A stretch of 62,774 nucleotides of DNA, filler included, from Choristocarpus tenellus KU-1152 (lineage: Eukaryota; Protista; Phaeophyceae), in NCBI GenBank assembly GCA_964200185.2. It is 11 parts of 11 records of this genome, joined end to end, with 100 filler letters (N's around TTAATTAATTAA, not from the genome) between each part and the next. Parts side by side here need not be neighbours in the genome. Positions count along the whole stretch, not along the records: positions 44,487 to 47,606 come from CAXNAD020022182.1; positions 47,707 to 55,012 come from CAXNAD020006366.1; positions 55,113 to 58,898 come from CAXNAD020017935.1; 8 more parts are not named here. One strand, written 5' to 3'. The notes below the pieces were generated by a model, which worked only from the letters and a program-made list of their open reading frames with translations, had not been told where the DNA came from and did no database searches. Positions within the stretch are counted from its first letter, which is position 1. Each line of letters begins with the position of its first letter. Shown here piece after piece: positions 45,178-58,676 of the stretch. A program made the position numbers and the translations under genes.

Positions 45178-47349
45178 TTAATATCCTGTGGAGGTGAATT
45201 TTGGGGGGCACGCTTGAACACTACTGAGTGGTAGCCAACCTCCAACGCCTAAGTTGTGACTATCAGGTTCCATGTGGCAATTTTGTAATGCTGACAGTAT
45301 TCCCGAGAATGTGGTATCAACTGTTCCCTGAAGTAACATGTGTGCTACCCCTAGACTCGGTTCCTCATTTGAGAGAGAAGTACATTCTAGTTCTGAATGT
45401 ACCCATGCACAAAGAGAGCAAGGGGACATTGTGGGGTGACCTGGGTTTAGATCTGATGCACCTAAATCCTGCAAACAGACACCATCTAAGACAGGTCCTC
45501 TTGGTCCAGTGTAGCTCTTGCTACAATCTACTGACGGATCGTCAGGAAAAAAATCGTCGTCGATATCCAAACTTGATGCCGTTGGTAGAGGGAGTCGTGA
45601 TAGTCGGTCTGGTAGTTGGTGCTTTGAGCCTGCTCGCCACTTTAGTTCCATGTCATGGTCCATGAGGCGGAGGGTCCACCTGTGGACCTTGGGGCTAAGT
45701 TCACGACTCTTAAAGAGCCAGGTCAGCGCTGAGCAGTCAGTGATTGGAGTGAATTTCCTACCCCAGATGTAGGAACGGAAGTGTTTTACAGCCCACAAGT
45801 AGCAATGCATTCTCTTTCAGTGGGTGCTCTTCTGCTGTCTGTTTTAGACCATCTATGGCTAGTATATGCTATGACGCGTTCTAGGTCATCATTCTGCACC
45901 TGGGTCAGCGTTGCCCCAGTCCCTTCTTCACTCGCATCTGTATGGATAAGGAACGACTTATCCCAATCAGGAAAGACTAGGATTGGTGGAGAAACCAAAC
46001 GCACCTTGAGTTCTTCAAAGGCCTTCTGCTCTTCTGATCCCCAAGGGATACTCTTCTTCCTGCCTCTTTTGGAAGCATACCCTTTTTTTCGTAGGATGTT
46101 AGTCAGTGATGCAGCTACTTGACCATAGTTCGGAACAAACTATGGCATGTACCCTGTCATGCCTAGGGAACTTCTCAGCTGTTCTACTGTGGATGGGGGA
46201 TCAAGTTTTGCTACTGCTATCATTTTGGATGGAGCAGGGCTCAAGCCATCTCTACCCACCTTAACTCCTACAAATTCCTGTGAGGGCACGCACCACAGGC
46301 ACTTAGGAAAATTCACAGACAACCGTATTGCTTGAGTCTGGTCAGGAGGAGGTGAAGTTTGGTCATGTGCTCATCGAATGATGAACTATAGCAAAAAATA
46401 TCTTCTAACCAGTTTTCTAAACAATTTCCTTTGAGATCTCCCAAGGGCTCTCTCATGTAACTAGAGAATACTGCAGGTAGGATTTTCAACCCAAAGCCAC
46501 GCCTGTTATACTCCCAAAGTTGTCCATGAGCGTCGTGGAAGGCTGTCTTATGTTTGTCTACCTCTGCGATCTCTAGCTGAAAGAATCCCGACGCTAGATC
46601 TATTGCCGTAAAATAGCTAGGACCCTTAAGTTTGTCGAAAATGCCGGTAATGTTCCCGAGACCTCCACTATCATTACGTGAGAGATCATTGAGCATCCTA
46701 TAGTCTGTGCACAAACTCAAGGTCCCATCTTTCTTACGTACTGCTACCACTGCTGCTGCCCATGCTGAGGTGGAGGGTCTAATGATACCATGTTCCTGCA
46801 ACTGTTTAACCTCCGCTTTAATCATCTGCGTTTCTTCTGGGGAAAAGCGTCTCTGTGTCGCTGCGTAAGGAGTGCAGTTTTCATTTATGAGTGGTATATG
46901 TAGTATTCCTCTAGAGCATGGGGGAACTCGCTTAGGATTTTGGGGAATACTCCTAGATACCTAAATTCCTCTAGCATTCTTACCAACCGTTCTTTCTGAC
47001 CTGGTGTCAGCTGTCCCTTATTGGCATCGTTAAGGCTCACCGCTTGATGCTGGATCCCCATCGCTTCTTCTGACGGAGTGTCGCTTCTCTCTTCCACGGA
47101 ACAGTTACTGGTATCATCTGGTTCAGAGGTACGACTGGATTGGGACCTAGCAGTAGCAGGCTGGACCTGTACTCTTGGGGATTCTTTGGGGGGTGTGGTT
47201 AGTGTTTTGAAGAGTGCAATCGTCCTTTCTGTATCTTGAGTATTTAGAGCGATTGCCTTGGCAACTGGCAGCCCTGCTTGGACACTACTGGGTTTGCTGC
47301 ACATGTGTTTACCATTTTGCAATATATGGGGGTTCCTGGGTTCCACCAT
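45178..47349 (-). mobile_element. Decayed Ty3/gypsy LTR retrotransposon pol (RT + RNase H)
   Basis: IIRPSTSAWAAAVVAVRKKDGTL.LCTDYR.LN, IDLASGFFQ, KTAF, IHTDAS, RVIAYTS, TERECIA, WAVKHFRSYIWGRKF..ITDCSALTWL. Frameshifted, with no integrase or LTR seen. Confidence 0.95.
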
Positions 47350-47706
47350 CGTACACCTCTGGCAATTCCGACAGCATATCCAAGTTCCAAGTTATACTCA
47401 GATAAGGGCTCAATCACCACTAGTTGTTCGGACTGTGGTTGTGCCCCCTTAAAGAATCCTTTGCAAATCTTGCTGACAAACCCTTCTATAATTTATACTT
47501 CTGATAGACGTAGTTCCCACTGTAGAGTCCCATCTGTTAAGAATATGCTTTTTATTCATGTGTAAAAGAAGATTCTGTAGAAGAAATAATTTATGAATGA
47601 AGAGACNNNNNNNNNNNNNNNNNNNNNNNNNNNNNNNNNNNNNNNNNNNNTTAATTAATTAANNNNNNNNNNNNNNNNNNNNNNNNNNNNNNNNNNNNNN
47701 NNNNNN

Positions 47707-47740
47707 GGACGCGGCTCTACCCTCTAAGATACTTTGGCTC
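47707..47740 (-). mobile_element. MITE family left end (reverse orientation) at contig start
   Basis: ggacgcggctctaccctctaagatactttggctc is the reverse complement of the family left TIR. Confidence 0.85.
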
Positions 47741-47873
47741 ATAGTGGACTCCTCTTCGAGGACACACTGAGCGCAAAGCTCCCCACATCCACTATGCACA
47801 CCTGCTTTACATATTACAAGTTCAGCATACACAATGCTCATACACATGCACGGTATAGTTGTACACGACCCAC

Positions 47874-50800
47874 CTGCTCAAAGACAGGCTCCACTGCCCC
47901 AGCACCCTCCATAGCAGCCTTCACTGCCTCCTCAGTGAGTCTCTCCGAAACATGCACCTCCCGCTCATCCACAAACACCTTTGAGAACGGGGAGGAGGAT
48001 TGCTTCAGCACTAAGAATTGGATGTTTCCACCTTTCTGGGCATATCTTGTGCTCCTGCTTTAAGCAGGTAAGTGATTAGAGACTATGTTCGCCTTACACC
48101 CGGCTGTTTAAATCGAAAATTGAGCAACTCTGTTTTGGTTGTGACATAGGAGAACAAATTGTCAAGGTGTCTATGACCAACATGACATCGGCTTGGTATA
48201 CACAGCGACTTTAGCAATGTCACTTATTGATACATGTAGTGAGCGGCAAAGTAACCCTGAGGAGCTTGAAGCACTCTATACCAACCATACTTGAAGACAA
48301 TGCTAAGGATTAGCATGTACCAAGCCACACAACCAGGTAAGGGAACGAGGCACTTGAAGTGGATCAACGCAGAAAAGATCAAAGTCATGCGTTGCGGACT
48401 CGCTAGAGGACAAGCCACGGACTCTCCGATCACATTCGGATACCATCTCAGGCATACATTTGAAAATTGCCATCAAGAAGTTGTAACGAATCCTTGACTT
48501 TGAATGATATGCAACAACACTTCTCATCCAAAATACTAACAAAACAAAAAAAATCATTTCGACCAGTAGGCTGTTTGCGGCTGAGAAGACAGGAAATGAC
48601 AACTTCGTCCCATTCTCGTGTAGTGAAGCTAAGGGTTAAGGTTAGGGCAGCATTAATTAAATCCATCAGCAACACACGCAGTACCGACACCCCCAATGAG
48701 GCCAAACTCAACCAACACGGAATTGTACGAGGGACAGTGTAGGTAGGAAAAGGCACTTGGACAGGATGTGAACCAGTCAAAGCGGGGGCTCAACTAAACC
48801 TAGGGGGTTGAAAAAGTGGGAGTAGTAGAATAAGAGGTATGAAAGCACAGGGTCTGAGGGAAGATGGTGAGTGAAGGGCAACGACAGTAGTGCGATAGGG
48901 TTAGCAACAGTGAGCATCAAGAGGATTGGGGAGAAGGGAGGCACTGCTGACACCCAATGCAACTACATGCTCCTTCCTACACAAAACACATCCCGTAGGA
49001 CATGCAGCATAGCCCACTTCCATGCCATCCCAAGGGGAAGGGTAGAGATTTGCCGATGAAGATCAAGGCGAGGGTTTGCAAAGGGCTCACACCTGGCAGA
49101 GCGTGAAACCATTAGTGGCTCGCAATATCCCAACATAGGGCTTGGAATCACGGAAGCCAACATCATCTGTCCGCAAGCAAGCCTCGTGGAGATAGTTAGG
49201 TCTACCCGGGGATGCCACCTGAATATGATAGCAAGAAGGTTGAAGTAGATATAAGAAACTGCTTTGAATGTATGCACAAAAAAAAAAAACGGAGCAAGGG
49301 GGACGAGAGTTCAGAGCGCAATGATCTGTGTTGGAGTAGGGGGTTGGAGGGCACTACACAAGAGAGTGTGGGGTTTGTTGTTGGAGGCATGAAATAGAAG
49401 AGCAAAACAGGACTCGATCAATCCCACTAATGAAGACAAGCATGAATAAAAACCAAAGTACATGCTTGAGAGCTGCTCTATCCTTGCTGCACTGCACCCA
49501 GACTAACTTATCTATGTTCAATGTGCAGAAGCAGCTTGTCCATTGCCTCTCACCACTCACTACCCCCTCCCCCCAACATAAAGTGACTTCCATGATGACC
49601 TTAGCAAGAATCAGCAGCCCCGTGAAGCTCAGTCCCCCTGTTCTAGTGAACAAACAAAAAAAAACTTCCAGTCACACCTCCCAATTGATGCCATAGATCC
49701 CTTCATGAATGACTTGCCGTAACGCCATCCTCAACATCAAGACTTAACCACTTAGCAACCCTACCATGCAGGTAAAATTCCACCCGTAAGTCCATGGACC
49801 CAAACACCAACGACACAAAACCAGATAAATATGGACATCGTCCCAATTGCAGCATTGGTCTTGCCTTCTTCCCCTGACCTGACCTCCTCCCTCCAACCAA
49901 CCTCACCACTCCTGCTACCCTTGCGCTGCTCTACTTGTCACAGTCACAGTCACAGTCACAGTCACAACACCACAATAAAGACCAGAAAACACCAACTTCA
50001 GTCAGTACCACCTCTTGCCCTAGCCCTCTTCTTCATTCTGCATTTGATGCTCCCACAACTGACCCCATTCGATGTCTCTCCTTAGCCTCAACTGAGACTG
50101 ACCCATTCGACGACTCCCCGAACCTGCTCTCTTACACTTGATCTTCTTCAGCCTAGAGTTCAATCCCCACAGAGCCCCTCACGCTATACCTCAAAGGCGA
50201 TTGCACATCATCTCCCCACAAACCTACTGAAAAAGCTGTGTCCATATCTCTCAGCACACACGTCAACTGCAGCAAACTCTTGGTGGGCATGTTCTCAAGC
50301 TTGCCTGTAATTGTAGTGGAGCAACAATGTCTTCTTGCTCTCTGAGAGTAGTCACCTTCCAATCCAAACTCAAGAAAACAAAAACACCCCTGACATTTCC
50401 CATGGCCTATCAGTACACTCCCGTGCCTATCACATACTATTTTAAGCTCAGTAGCCCTCTCGACCTTGTCCCTGACCCCTCACCTGAGCCAGCACCCTGC
50501 CCTTGATACCACCCTTCTTGCTGGGTCCTCGCTGGGCATCAACATCATTCATCTGAAAAAATATATATAGATACACATCAGAATACATCAAAATACGGCA
50601 AGATAAGTACATCCATGGCAGGAGGCTAGAAGAGCAAAACAAAGAGGAAAAAAATAACTGAAATAAAAATGAAAAAAAAGTCGTAAGACAACAAAAACAC
50701 AACTCTACATTGAAAAGTCCTCACTTAGGGACCAGTTCTTGTAGTGACAAGCTGGATTTCACCCATGTTCTAGGGTGACCTCACAGTGAGTTTTTGCAAG

Positions 50801-53800
50801 ACCCTCACAAGAAATGATGAAAAACCTAGTATCATCTTGTGAATTAATAGCCTGACCCACATACCGTTCCAACGGATATTGAACTCGGGAATTAATACAA
50901 CAGGTAGAAAGCAGCTCTAGCATCAAGCCACAGCAAAATAGAGAGATAATCCAGAAGGCAAAAGAGGGCAAACAAGACGGTGTTTTTTGAAATATTGAAA
51001 ACGAAAACTCCCAACCACCGACAGGAACTAACAAGCACACACCAGAGTATGTGCATGTATGTCTACTATTGACACTCACAATAGCTCTACCACCGTGCGT
51101 TCTTCTGCTACAATACTTTAACACAGAAGGAGGAGTGATGATATTCACTCTGAGCTCCACAAGTACTAATTTTGCTTATGCACCTGTTTGCATGATCATA
51201 ACGCCTCCCAAAGTACATTGAAAACATCAATATAAACAAACCACACAGCCTCACACGAAAATATTGATGACAAATCAAAAAAGCGAAAACAGACACACAC
51301 ACATCTACATACATACATACATACATACACACACATATATACATACATACATAATACATACATACATACATAAAGGCGCTTACACAGAGACATAAACGAT
51401 ACATACACACTAGGGAGTACGTTGCGCTGCCACCCTCTACTCAATCCCTCCTACCCTGAAGTATTCTAATAGTCCCTTCAACCATCACACGCACAACCAA
51501 GCTTCTCACCTCCTCAAAAATGGCCACTGTTAACCCTGCCCCAGTGAGTCCATCCAGAGTCTGCTGAATGTTTCTCCTCGGGCACCCTGCCCTGACTTCC
51601 CGTCCCATCCGGTTCAAGCCAGCATGTTGCATCATCATCACAGCATCCACGCCATAAGTTTCGTAGAACTCCCCCACACGAATCAGAAGCACCTGCATGA
51701 TCAGGACATACATTTACAGTAGAATAGCATCTGCCCACAAGCACTACCACTAATACTTCGCGTCCCTTTCCTCCCTCCCAGGGCACAGAGACAACTAATA
51801 ACCAAGAACACAAGGTATGGACTTTTCAATGAGGCTATACGTGGTCGATTTTTAAAAACAGTCGACAGGTGCTCAGTCCACCACATGCACTGCTTCAAAG
51901 CGCCTGCAAATAGTAAAAAGTACTTCATACTTCAAAGCAATACCAGGCAATACTAACAGTATATAATCACCAAACACTATCCCCAAGACTGCAATAGGAT
52001 TGTCTGTACAGTAAAAAAACACCACAGCAACACAATAGAAACAAAAAAGATAAAAAAATATAACCACAAGTTATTTGATCGTTTGTTCCAGGAAGGGGAG
52101 CATTATTACCACCGGTGTTGGCAGTTCAGTAGCCCAGTCTATAGAAAACAAAAAAACATCAGCCCAGTAACAAATATGCAAGTATATCAATGAATTCACT
52201 GCAAATAAGACCATTGAAAGTTCATGCTCTGGTTTGAAATAACCCTCTAATACATACCAGTGCAACAGTAGTGCCTACTTCCCTTTTTAAAAAATAACAC
52301 ATGCTATCATTTTGAACACGCCTTGGATGAAAAGAAAATGCTCCCATTACCTCATTCTCCCTTGCCCCACCCCTGCCGCAGACTCTTGCTAACTCATCCA
52401 CCCCGCACCCACCAGTAACACCAACATCACCACTAACAATAGTACTTACTAGAGTATCAGAACACTCAATCCATTATTTACACCAAGAAATACCCCACCC
52501 GTAAGCAGTCTTGAACAAACAAACAAAACAATCACATTTCTTCACAAACACCAACACACACACTCACACAAAATAAATAAAGCACACTACATTACCCCCA
52601 CAACATCATATTATTCCACCATACCTTGGTGGGGTGCAACTCCTTCTGCTTCAATGCAAACTCCAACAACGACCCTTTAGAAGGTGTCGATGGGGGAGGG
52701 GGAACAATATCTGCAGCTGCAGCTACAGCTGATGCACGGGCCCGTGCTCCCCTGGCACTGGAGGGCTCATATCCCAGTCGATTATCAAAGGCTAGCTCCA
52801 ACACCATTGCCCTGGCCTCTGGCTTCTGTAAATTGCGCAGTGGTTCTGCCCAGTAAGGATCTAGGCCCTGGTGGCTATTGAAAGTTTCACAGGGCAGGTG
52901 AAGTCAGTCGCCATTTTTCGCCACCCACAAAACAATTGTGGTAAGAGGGGAGTTGAGAGGTGGTTAGAGAGGAAAGGTAGAGGAGAGGGGAGGCATAACA
53001 CAGAACAAAAGAGTGATTGCTCCCCGGTAGAGTAAATGATGAATTTTGGTATTTTGCTGTGCCACTTGGGGGACTGGCAATGTGCCATCAGTGATTTAAA
53101 GATGGAGAAACTGTCATAGGTAGGGTGTACTAGTAGTTTTATAGGGGGAGTATCTAGTCTCTGCCATACTAGTGCTGTCAACACAACAATGTGGTTGTGC
53201 TTCTCATTTGCTAGGTAGTCCCAACAGCAATGTACACATCATAGTGAAGAAGTCAGTGGGAAAGGACTATTTGCTGCCATATATATATATATATCAACAG
53301 TCATGTGTAAGTCAAGTAGTCTTACCAACTCATAACCAACAAGGCTTGGGTTGGATGATATCAGCTCATAGAGTTCTATCCATTGTTGGGATGAATTATG
53401 CGCACAAGTTATTCAATTGCAATTGATGATGCCAAGCAAGACTTGAACCGGAGTTGATATTATTGAAGAGGTCAGTTCTTCTATTTCACCTTTTCTGTAT
53501 GTCGGTCTTCTGCAAGATGGGACTTTTTTTGTGTTTTTGAGTGTGTCAATGTTGATGTCAAGTTCTTATCATGATCAACTTGAGGTAAACCAATCCAAGT
53601 GAGGAGGCACCCTCTTACAAAACATAGTGGCAAAGCCATTAAGTTCAACTCAAGTAACAACATTGAGCTATGAGACCAAAGTATGGAATAAATTACAGCC
53701 TATAGTGCTTAGTATATTAAACCTTGATACGCCAAGACTTGAGGCACTACAGTGCAATGGCAAGTTCATGGGACACACAACAGGGAGCAAGTAATCATGC

Positions 53801-54913
53801 TATGTAGGCTTGCTTCTTGCCAAAAAAGTTCTTACAGCACAGAAGGTGTAAAGCACAGAGTAGATATTAATTTGCATTCTCCCTGAGGACCGCAGTAACA
53901 CTACCTCTCCTAACCCACGAACGGTACAACCGGTATCACTGACTCTGCCGTGGTCAACAAGCCCTACACCGCCACAAGTTGAGGTATGAGGGAGAGATTG
54001 AGATCATTGTCTGGAAAACGGTCTGAGACTACTTCATATCGTTTGTCCTATCCTAGTATCGTCTTCTACGCCAGAAGAGTAGAGGGGAGAATATTAGATA
54101 TTAAAAATCCAGGTGGTATTCCAGAGCTAACACGTTCTGCGTAGCACTCTACTCAAATTACATGACACCATCTACATTCTCCCACCTGCCCGTGGTGAGT
54201 TCTGCAAGCCTCTCCTCATAGGGATCGCCAGCAAAGGGCTCATCTCCTTCCATCCGTTGCCCATACCCTTGCTCTGTTCCATCTGACCCTTCCTGACCCA
54301 CCCCCGTCCCGTTGCTGCCACTCGGCAAAGATGGCTCGACCAGACCTCCTTGTCGTTGCTGTCCTTTGCCTCGAGTTACCATGGGCGGTACCAGTGTAGA
54401 CAATGCTGATGTCGCCTCTGGTGGTGCTTCCTTCGATGACAACACCTCGAAAGTCCTCAAATCCTCTTCACCCTGGCCTAGATCAACCCTCTTGTCCACC
54501 TTCAGGTTTCCGTCGCCTTCAACCCGTGCCGAGGTCCACTCACGCTTGGGCGAAACAACTAAGTGATTGGCCGTTGCCAGTGGATCTGGTGTGGTCAAGT
54601 CATCTACGTGTCCCTTTTTCTCTCCAGGACTCGGTGGCATTTCCTCCAGGTCACGAAAGGTTAAACCCTCACCCTTCTCCGACCTCGACCTGGCCGACAG
54701 AGGCGCAATAAGCTTCAAAACTCCGAACTGCGGTGGAGACCTCCTAGGCCTCCAGTCGCCGATCACTCCAACCCGTACCGCTTCATCATTTTCAAGCACC
54801 TTTCCCAGGGTATAAGCAAGTCGTGGTCGAAATATCGCCCTCCTAGGTAGCAAACCAAAGCCCTCTGTCGGATGCGTGCCTATACAGGCCAGCATTCGCA
54901 GCGTGGTCCTCAT
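47874..54913 (-). CDS. MSH1: Plant-type organellar MutS homolog MSH1, 3'-partial. Exons 54913-54186, 52874-52625, 51692-51510, 50552-50484, 49218-49093, 47978-47874
   Basis: YWAEPLRNLQKPEARAMVLELAFDNRLG, KELHPTK|VLLIRVGEFYETYGVDA..HAGLNRMG..RAGCPRRNIQQTLDGLT.AGLTVAIFEE, KGRVLAQVASPGRP, PYVGI, ERLTEEAV, in MSH1 order. GT-AG phases are consistent. Confidence 0.92.
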
Positions 54914-55112
54914 GAGGCCCTTCTTTATTGCAGCTACGAAGGGCGAGCGTGAAGAGCAAGACAACCACAGTTATTCATTCGACCCATGCAAGCACTCTCC
55001 GGTGTGGGCGACNNNNNNNNNNNNNNNNNNNNNNNNNNNNNNNNNNNNNNNNNNNNTTAATTAATTAANNNNNNNNNNNNNNNNNNNNNNNNNNNNNNNN
55101 NNNNNNNNNNNN

Positions 55113-55370
55113 AGTCAAAGTATCTTGGAGGGTAGAGTCGCGTCCATTTGTGGATCAAAATTCAATGTTGCGATTTTGATGTAATTTTGGTTGTCCTGTA
55201 TGTTAGGAAGTGTCAATATCTATGTTTCGGACACACCTTTTCATAATGTGTACATTTTACCTACTCCTAAACATTTTGCAGTAGTAAAATGTCATAAAAA
55301 AAAACCATTGGATCCAGGCCCCTAATGGACAAATAGGGCAAAACTCGTACCCTCTAAGATACTTTCACTC
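55113..55370 (+). mobile_element. MITE family copy F (near full length, used as reference)
   Basis: TIRs agtcaaagtatcttggagggta / taccctctaagatactttcact. Confidence 0.9.
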
Positions 55371-56543
55371 ATATCGACATATCGACAGTCATTTAAAAAA
55401 AAAAAAACATATCGACACTTTATCCCAGTCAATCTTGGGTCAAGCCCATCCTCAATGAAAAGCTCCATCCTCAATTTTTTTTTAAATCGGCTGTTCTGGC
55501 ATGTGTCCAGTCATCAATGGTCAAATCCTTTTTATCTCAAGGACCACCATACTCCAACATCGGTGTTGGCTACCTTCTTTCCCTATAGTATCCTGACACG
55601 TCCGTCTCTTGATCCCACTACTCTGCTCTTGCTACCTCTGAACTCTCTCTCCCACTAGTTTGCCCAACCAATCCTGTCCAGGTGCCAAAGGAAAAAAATC
55701 TACCCAGTGTAGCCAGGAGTATTCCAATCACTACTCACACATCTCTACAGAACCTACACAGACAGGTAATAGCCCCTGCCCCCAAACAGAACATCAGTGA
55801 CTGATGAAGGTATAATACAGTTAGAGTATCCTGTGCACTCGATATCAGGTTCCACCACCCCGTGCTTTGCCTCCATACAGTAAATTTTCATCTCCAAAGT
55901 CTCCAACTACACACACCTTCAGTGTATACCCAAACCTTGACGACTCCATTATTAGAGTCTTAAGGTATCTTCAAGGATTCGACACATCCCACGTGCGCCT
56001 CTTACCCATGATACTTCCCGCATCAGTAACTACTTCCGCAGTCCAGATACTCCGTACGACATGAGTTAGAACCAAAGTACTACATGGCAGTTCGGGGGGT
56101 CAGGGGTGGTTTGGCTAATAGTATCAGTATTCTCACTTTGGACCTGCACTATCATTCTGGCATGAGGGGTCATGAATTCTTCCTGAACACCACAAACTGG
56201 CCACCACCTTCATCCTGGTATCTTGTGTCCTGTACAGTTGGAGGAGGCCAATACCCTACCTTGTGACATGTCCATTACTACCTACCACACTTGCACCCTT
56301 TCCACTACTTTCCTAGTGAAGCACCACTGTGTTTCCCATACCCCAACCTACTTCCCTCTCCCTCCCCTACATTTTCTTTGTACTCCTTTTTGGATCCAAA
56401 GCCTCAGAACACCCACCTGTGATCAAAATCTGAATTATGTTCCAATCGAAAAAGCTAGGACTCCATTGTGTCCCAGAGCACACTACATCCTGCATGCCAC
56501 TCCCCCCATTTGCTCAGAGGTCTTCCCTACCCATGCCACCTCT

Positions 56544-56582
<39 letters not shown>

Positions 56583-56676
56583 ACCGCCCCCCCCNNNNNN
56601 NNNNAACTCCCCTCCGCCTGTGTCCACCCCACACCCCACCCCCGCCGCCCCCCCCCCCCCTTTGCCCCCGGTTCTC

Positions 56677-56718
<42 letters not shown>

Positions 56719-57905
56719 TCTTAACTGCCCTACTTTACCACCTACAGATCTCCTGCCCTCACATCAACTTCACATGGCAAAGAGGGATTGAATAGTTGAT
56801 GACTTGTTCAAAGCGGTAATTCAGATGAGGTCCTCGGCCGTGTCACACACTCACTCTGTCCCAGTGGGGTGAATCGAAAGCACCTACTAGTGTAAGTTCA
56901 GTCGGAAGAAAATGTCCTAACGTAATCGATCACAATCAAAACGTAGACACAGCGCACAAATGGAAAGGTCCGAATCGTTGAGTTCAACGGTCAAATATAC
57001 ATATTCGCAAGAAAATATTCAATCTAACATTCCCTTCAATTTTCAGTTTCGGTTCTCACAAATTAATCGATACCATTGCTCAATTCAATATTTACAACTC
57101 ACAAGAATATATTTTTTTAAATCAATTTATATTTTTTAATACTATCACGGTACGCCACTCCCTTTCAGTCACACGCTGTTTCTTCCCCACCCTGACCTTT
57201 TCTTCCTTTGCATTGGATCCATGGTTGATCTATTTTTCACCTAGAATTGTTACTTGGTCGACTTCTGGACTGTTGTGCACCTCATTCCTTTATATTGGTG
57301 TGTTTGGCCATTTATGCGTAGCCTCAGACCCTCTCCAACGGTAGCAGGATAGCATTGCCCGTACTGGTGATCCTCCATAGAGTATTATGCAGACACAGAT
57401 TGTTGTGTTCTAAACAGATATCCACATTCACGATTCACAAACTCCCTTCCATACAGACCTCTGGCGAGTGATACCTGTCCTTGATCAACAGATACCAGAG
57501 AAGCAGATTGCACTGATTCTTTAACACCCCCTGCTACCACTACTATTCAACCCCCTTCTCATGCTAAATAGGACTGATTCACCACAATCCAGGCACCAAA
57601 AGAAAGGCAAGATCGAGTTCAGCTCATCTATTTATCTACTAGCACATGAGCAAGCAAGCAGCAATTGACGAGTGAAAGTATATTAGGGTTAGGGTACGAG
57701 GCTTCCCCTGTTTGTCCATTTTGGGGCTTGGCCTCCCACGGGCTTTTAATGACATGTTACCTTCTTCAAAATATTTCGGGTTAGGTAAAATGTATACGTT
57801 ATGAAAAGGAGTGTCCGGAACAAGGATATTGACATCTCCTAACCAACACGATAGCCAAAATTACATCAAAATCACAACACCGGATTTTGGCCTGCAATTG
57901 GACGT

Positions 57906-58149
57906 TGCTGTAATCTTATATTCTTTATCTAGTTTTCTAATAACATATGCGGAACTACCAATTTTATGGATTAATATCTGCCCCCCAGTTTGCTGGTTCT
58001 ATGTTAAATTTGCGTGGGTAGTAATCTGTTGGTCTTAACTCAAGAGGTTTACCCATTTCAAATCTTGTTAGATATTTCTCCCATGTTAAATTTCTATATT
58101 CCAATAGATATTTTTTTAATTTGCGTAATATTAAATTATTTTTATTCAT
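57906..58149 (-). pseudogene. 5' fragment of an unidentified bacterial-style gene
   Basis: AT-rich, with purine-rich SD-like aaaaaggt upstream of the ATG at 58149. MNKNNLILRKLKKYLLEY... continues after a frameshift as HKIGSSAYVIRKLDKEYKITA to the insert edge. Confidence 0.5.
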
Positions 58150-58212
58150 TTTCTATTTACCTTTTTCAAGTAGAGGTTTTGAATTATTTAGTTGAATTTT
58201 CCCCGAGTTAAG

Positions 58213-58440
58213 AGATGCAAACTTGAAAGCGTTAGAGTAACTGGACGTAGTACAAGCGGAGTTATTTAATTTAAAACAGAAAAAAATGAGCAAGTTGTTT
58301 CTGCTTCATTAATTGCAGAATCAGACGGCGAAGATGAAGAAGATGGCGAAAATATTGAACAAGATACTGTAGACGCTAAAAACTCTGAAACAATTTCTGG
58401 GGATGATCAAGAGAATTCAAATAGCGGTACTGAAAATTAA
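58213..58440 (+). pseudogene. gyrA: DNA gyrase subunit A C-terminal fragment, Rickettsiaceae-like, with premature stop
   Basis: RCKLESVRVTGRSTSGVI*FKTEKNEQVVSASLIAESDGEDEED...TEN* is the last beta-pinwheel blade (GRxTxGV) plus an acidic tail. TAA at 58267-58269 sits where Leu (TTA) is expected. Confidence 0.88.
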
Positions 58441-58676
58441 TTTTCATCTAATATCATGTCTGCCAGTGCAAGCATTTCTCCTCCTTTTTGCGCTTTATTA
58501 ATTCCTTCATCAAACATTTTTTGTAACTTTTCTGCGCTTTCCCTGATACTAAGTTTTTTGGCAGTATAGTGCAATGCAACTTTTATAAATTCTATGCTAT
58601 TTTGAGCAAAATTATCTAATTTTTGGTTTGCCGTTTCCCAAAATGGCAAAAGATCATGCTTTCCAATATATTTCAT
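58437..58676 (-). pseudogene. 3' fragment of a bacterial gene convergent on gyrA, probably Rpn/YhgA-like (transposase_31)
   Basis: MKYIGKHDLLPFWE...IEFIKVALHYT...KGGEMLALAD resembles the Rickettsiales Rpn pattern MKHIxxRDLLxxW..I...LxYT..GExxMxxLA. Its stop overlaps the gyrA stop. Confidence 0.5.

Noticed and set aside
44487-45180. Integrase or extra cargo domain after the gypsy RNase H
   Set aside because: No HHCC, DDE or other recognisable motif in the frames I read.
56223-56795. Polyproline, formin-like ORF
   Set aside because: It comes from poly-C runs around a 10-N gap and is low-quality sequence.
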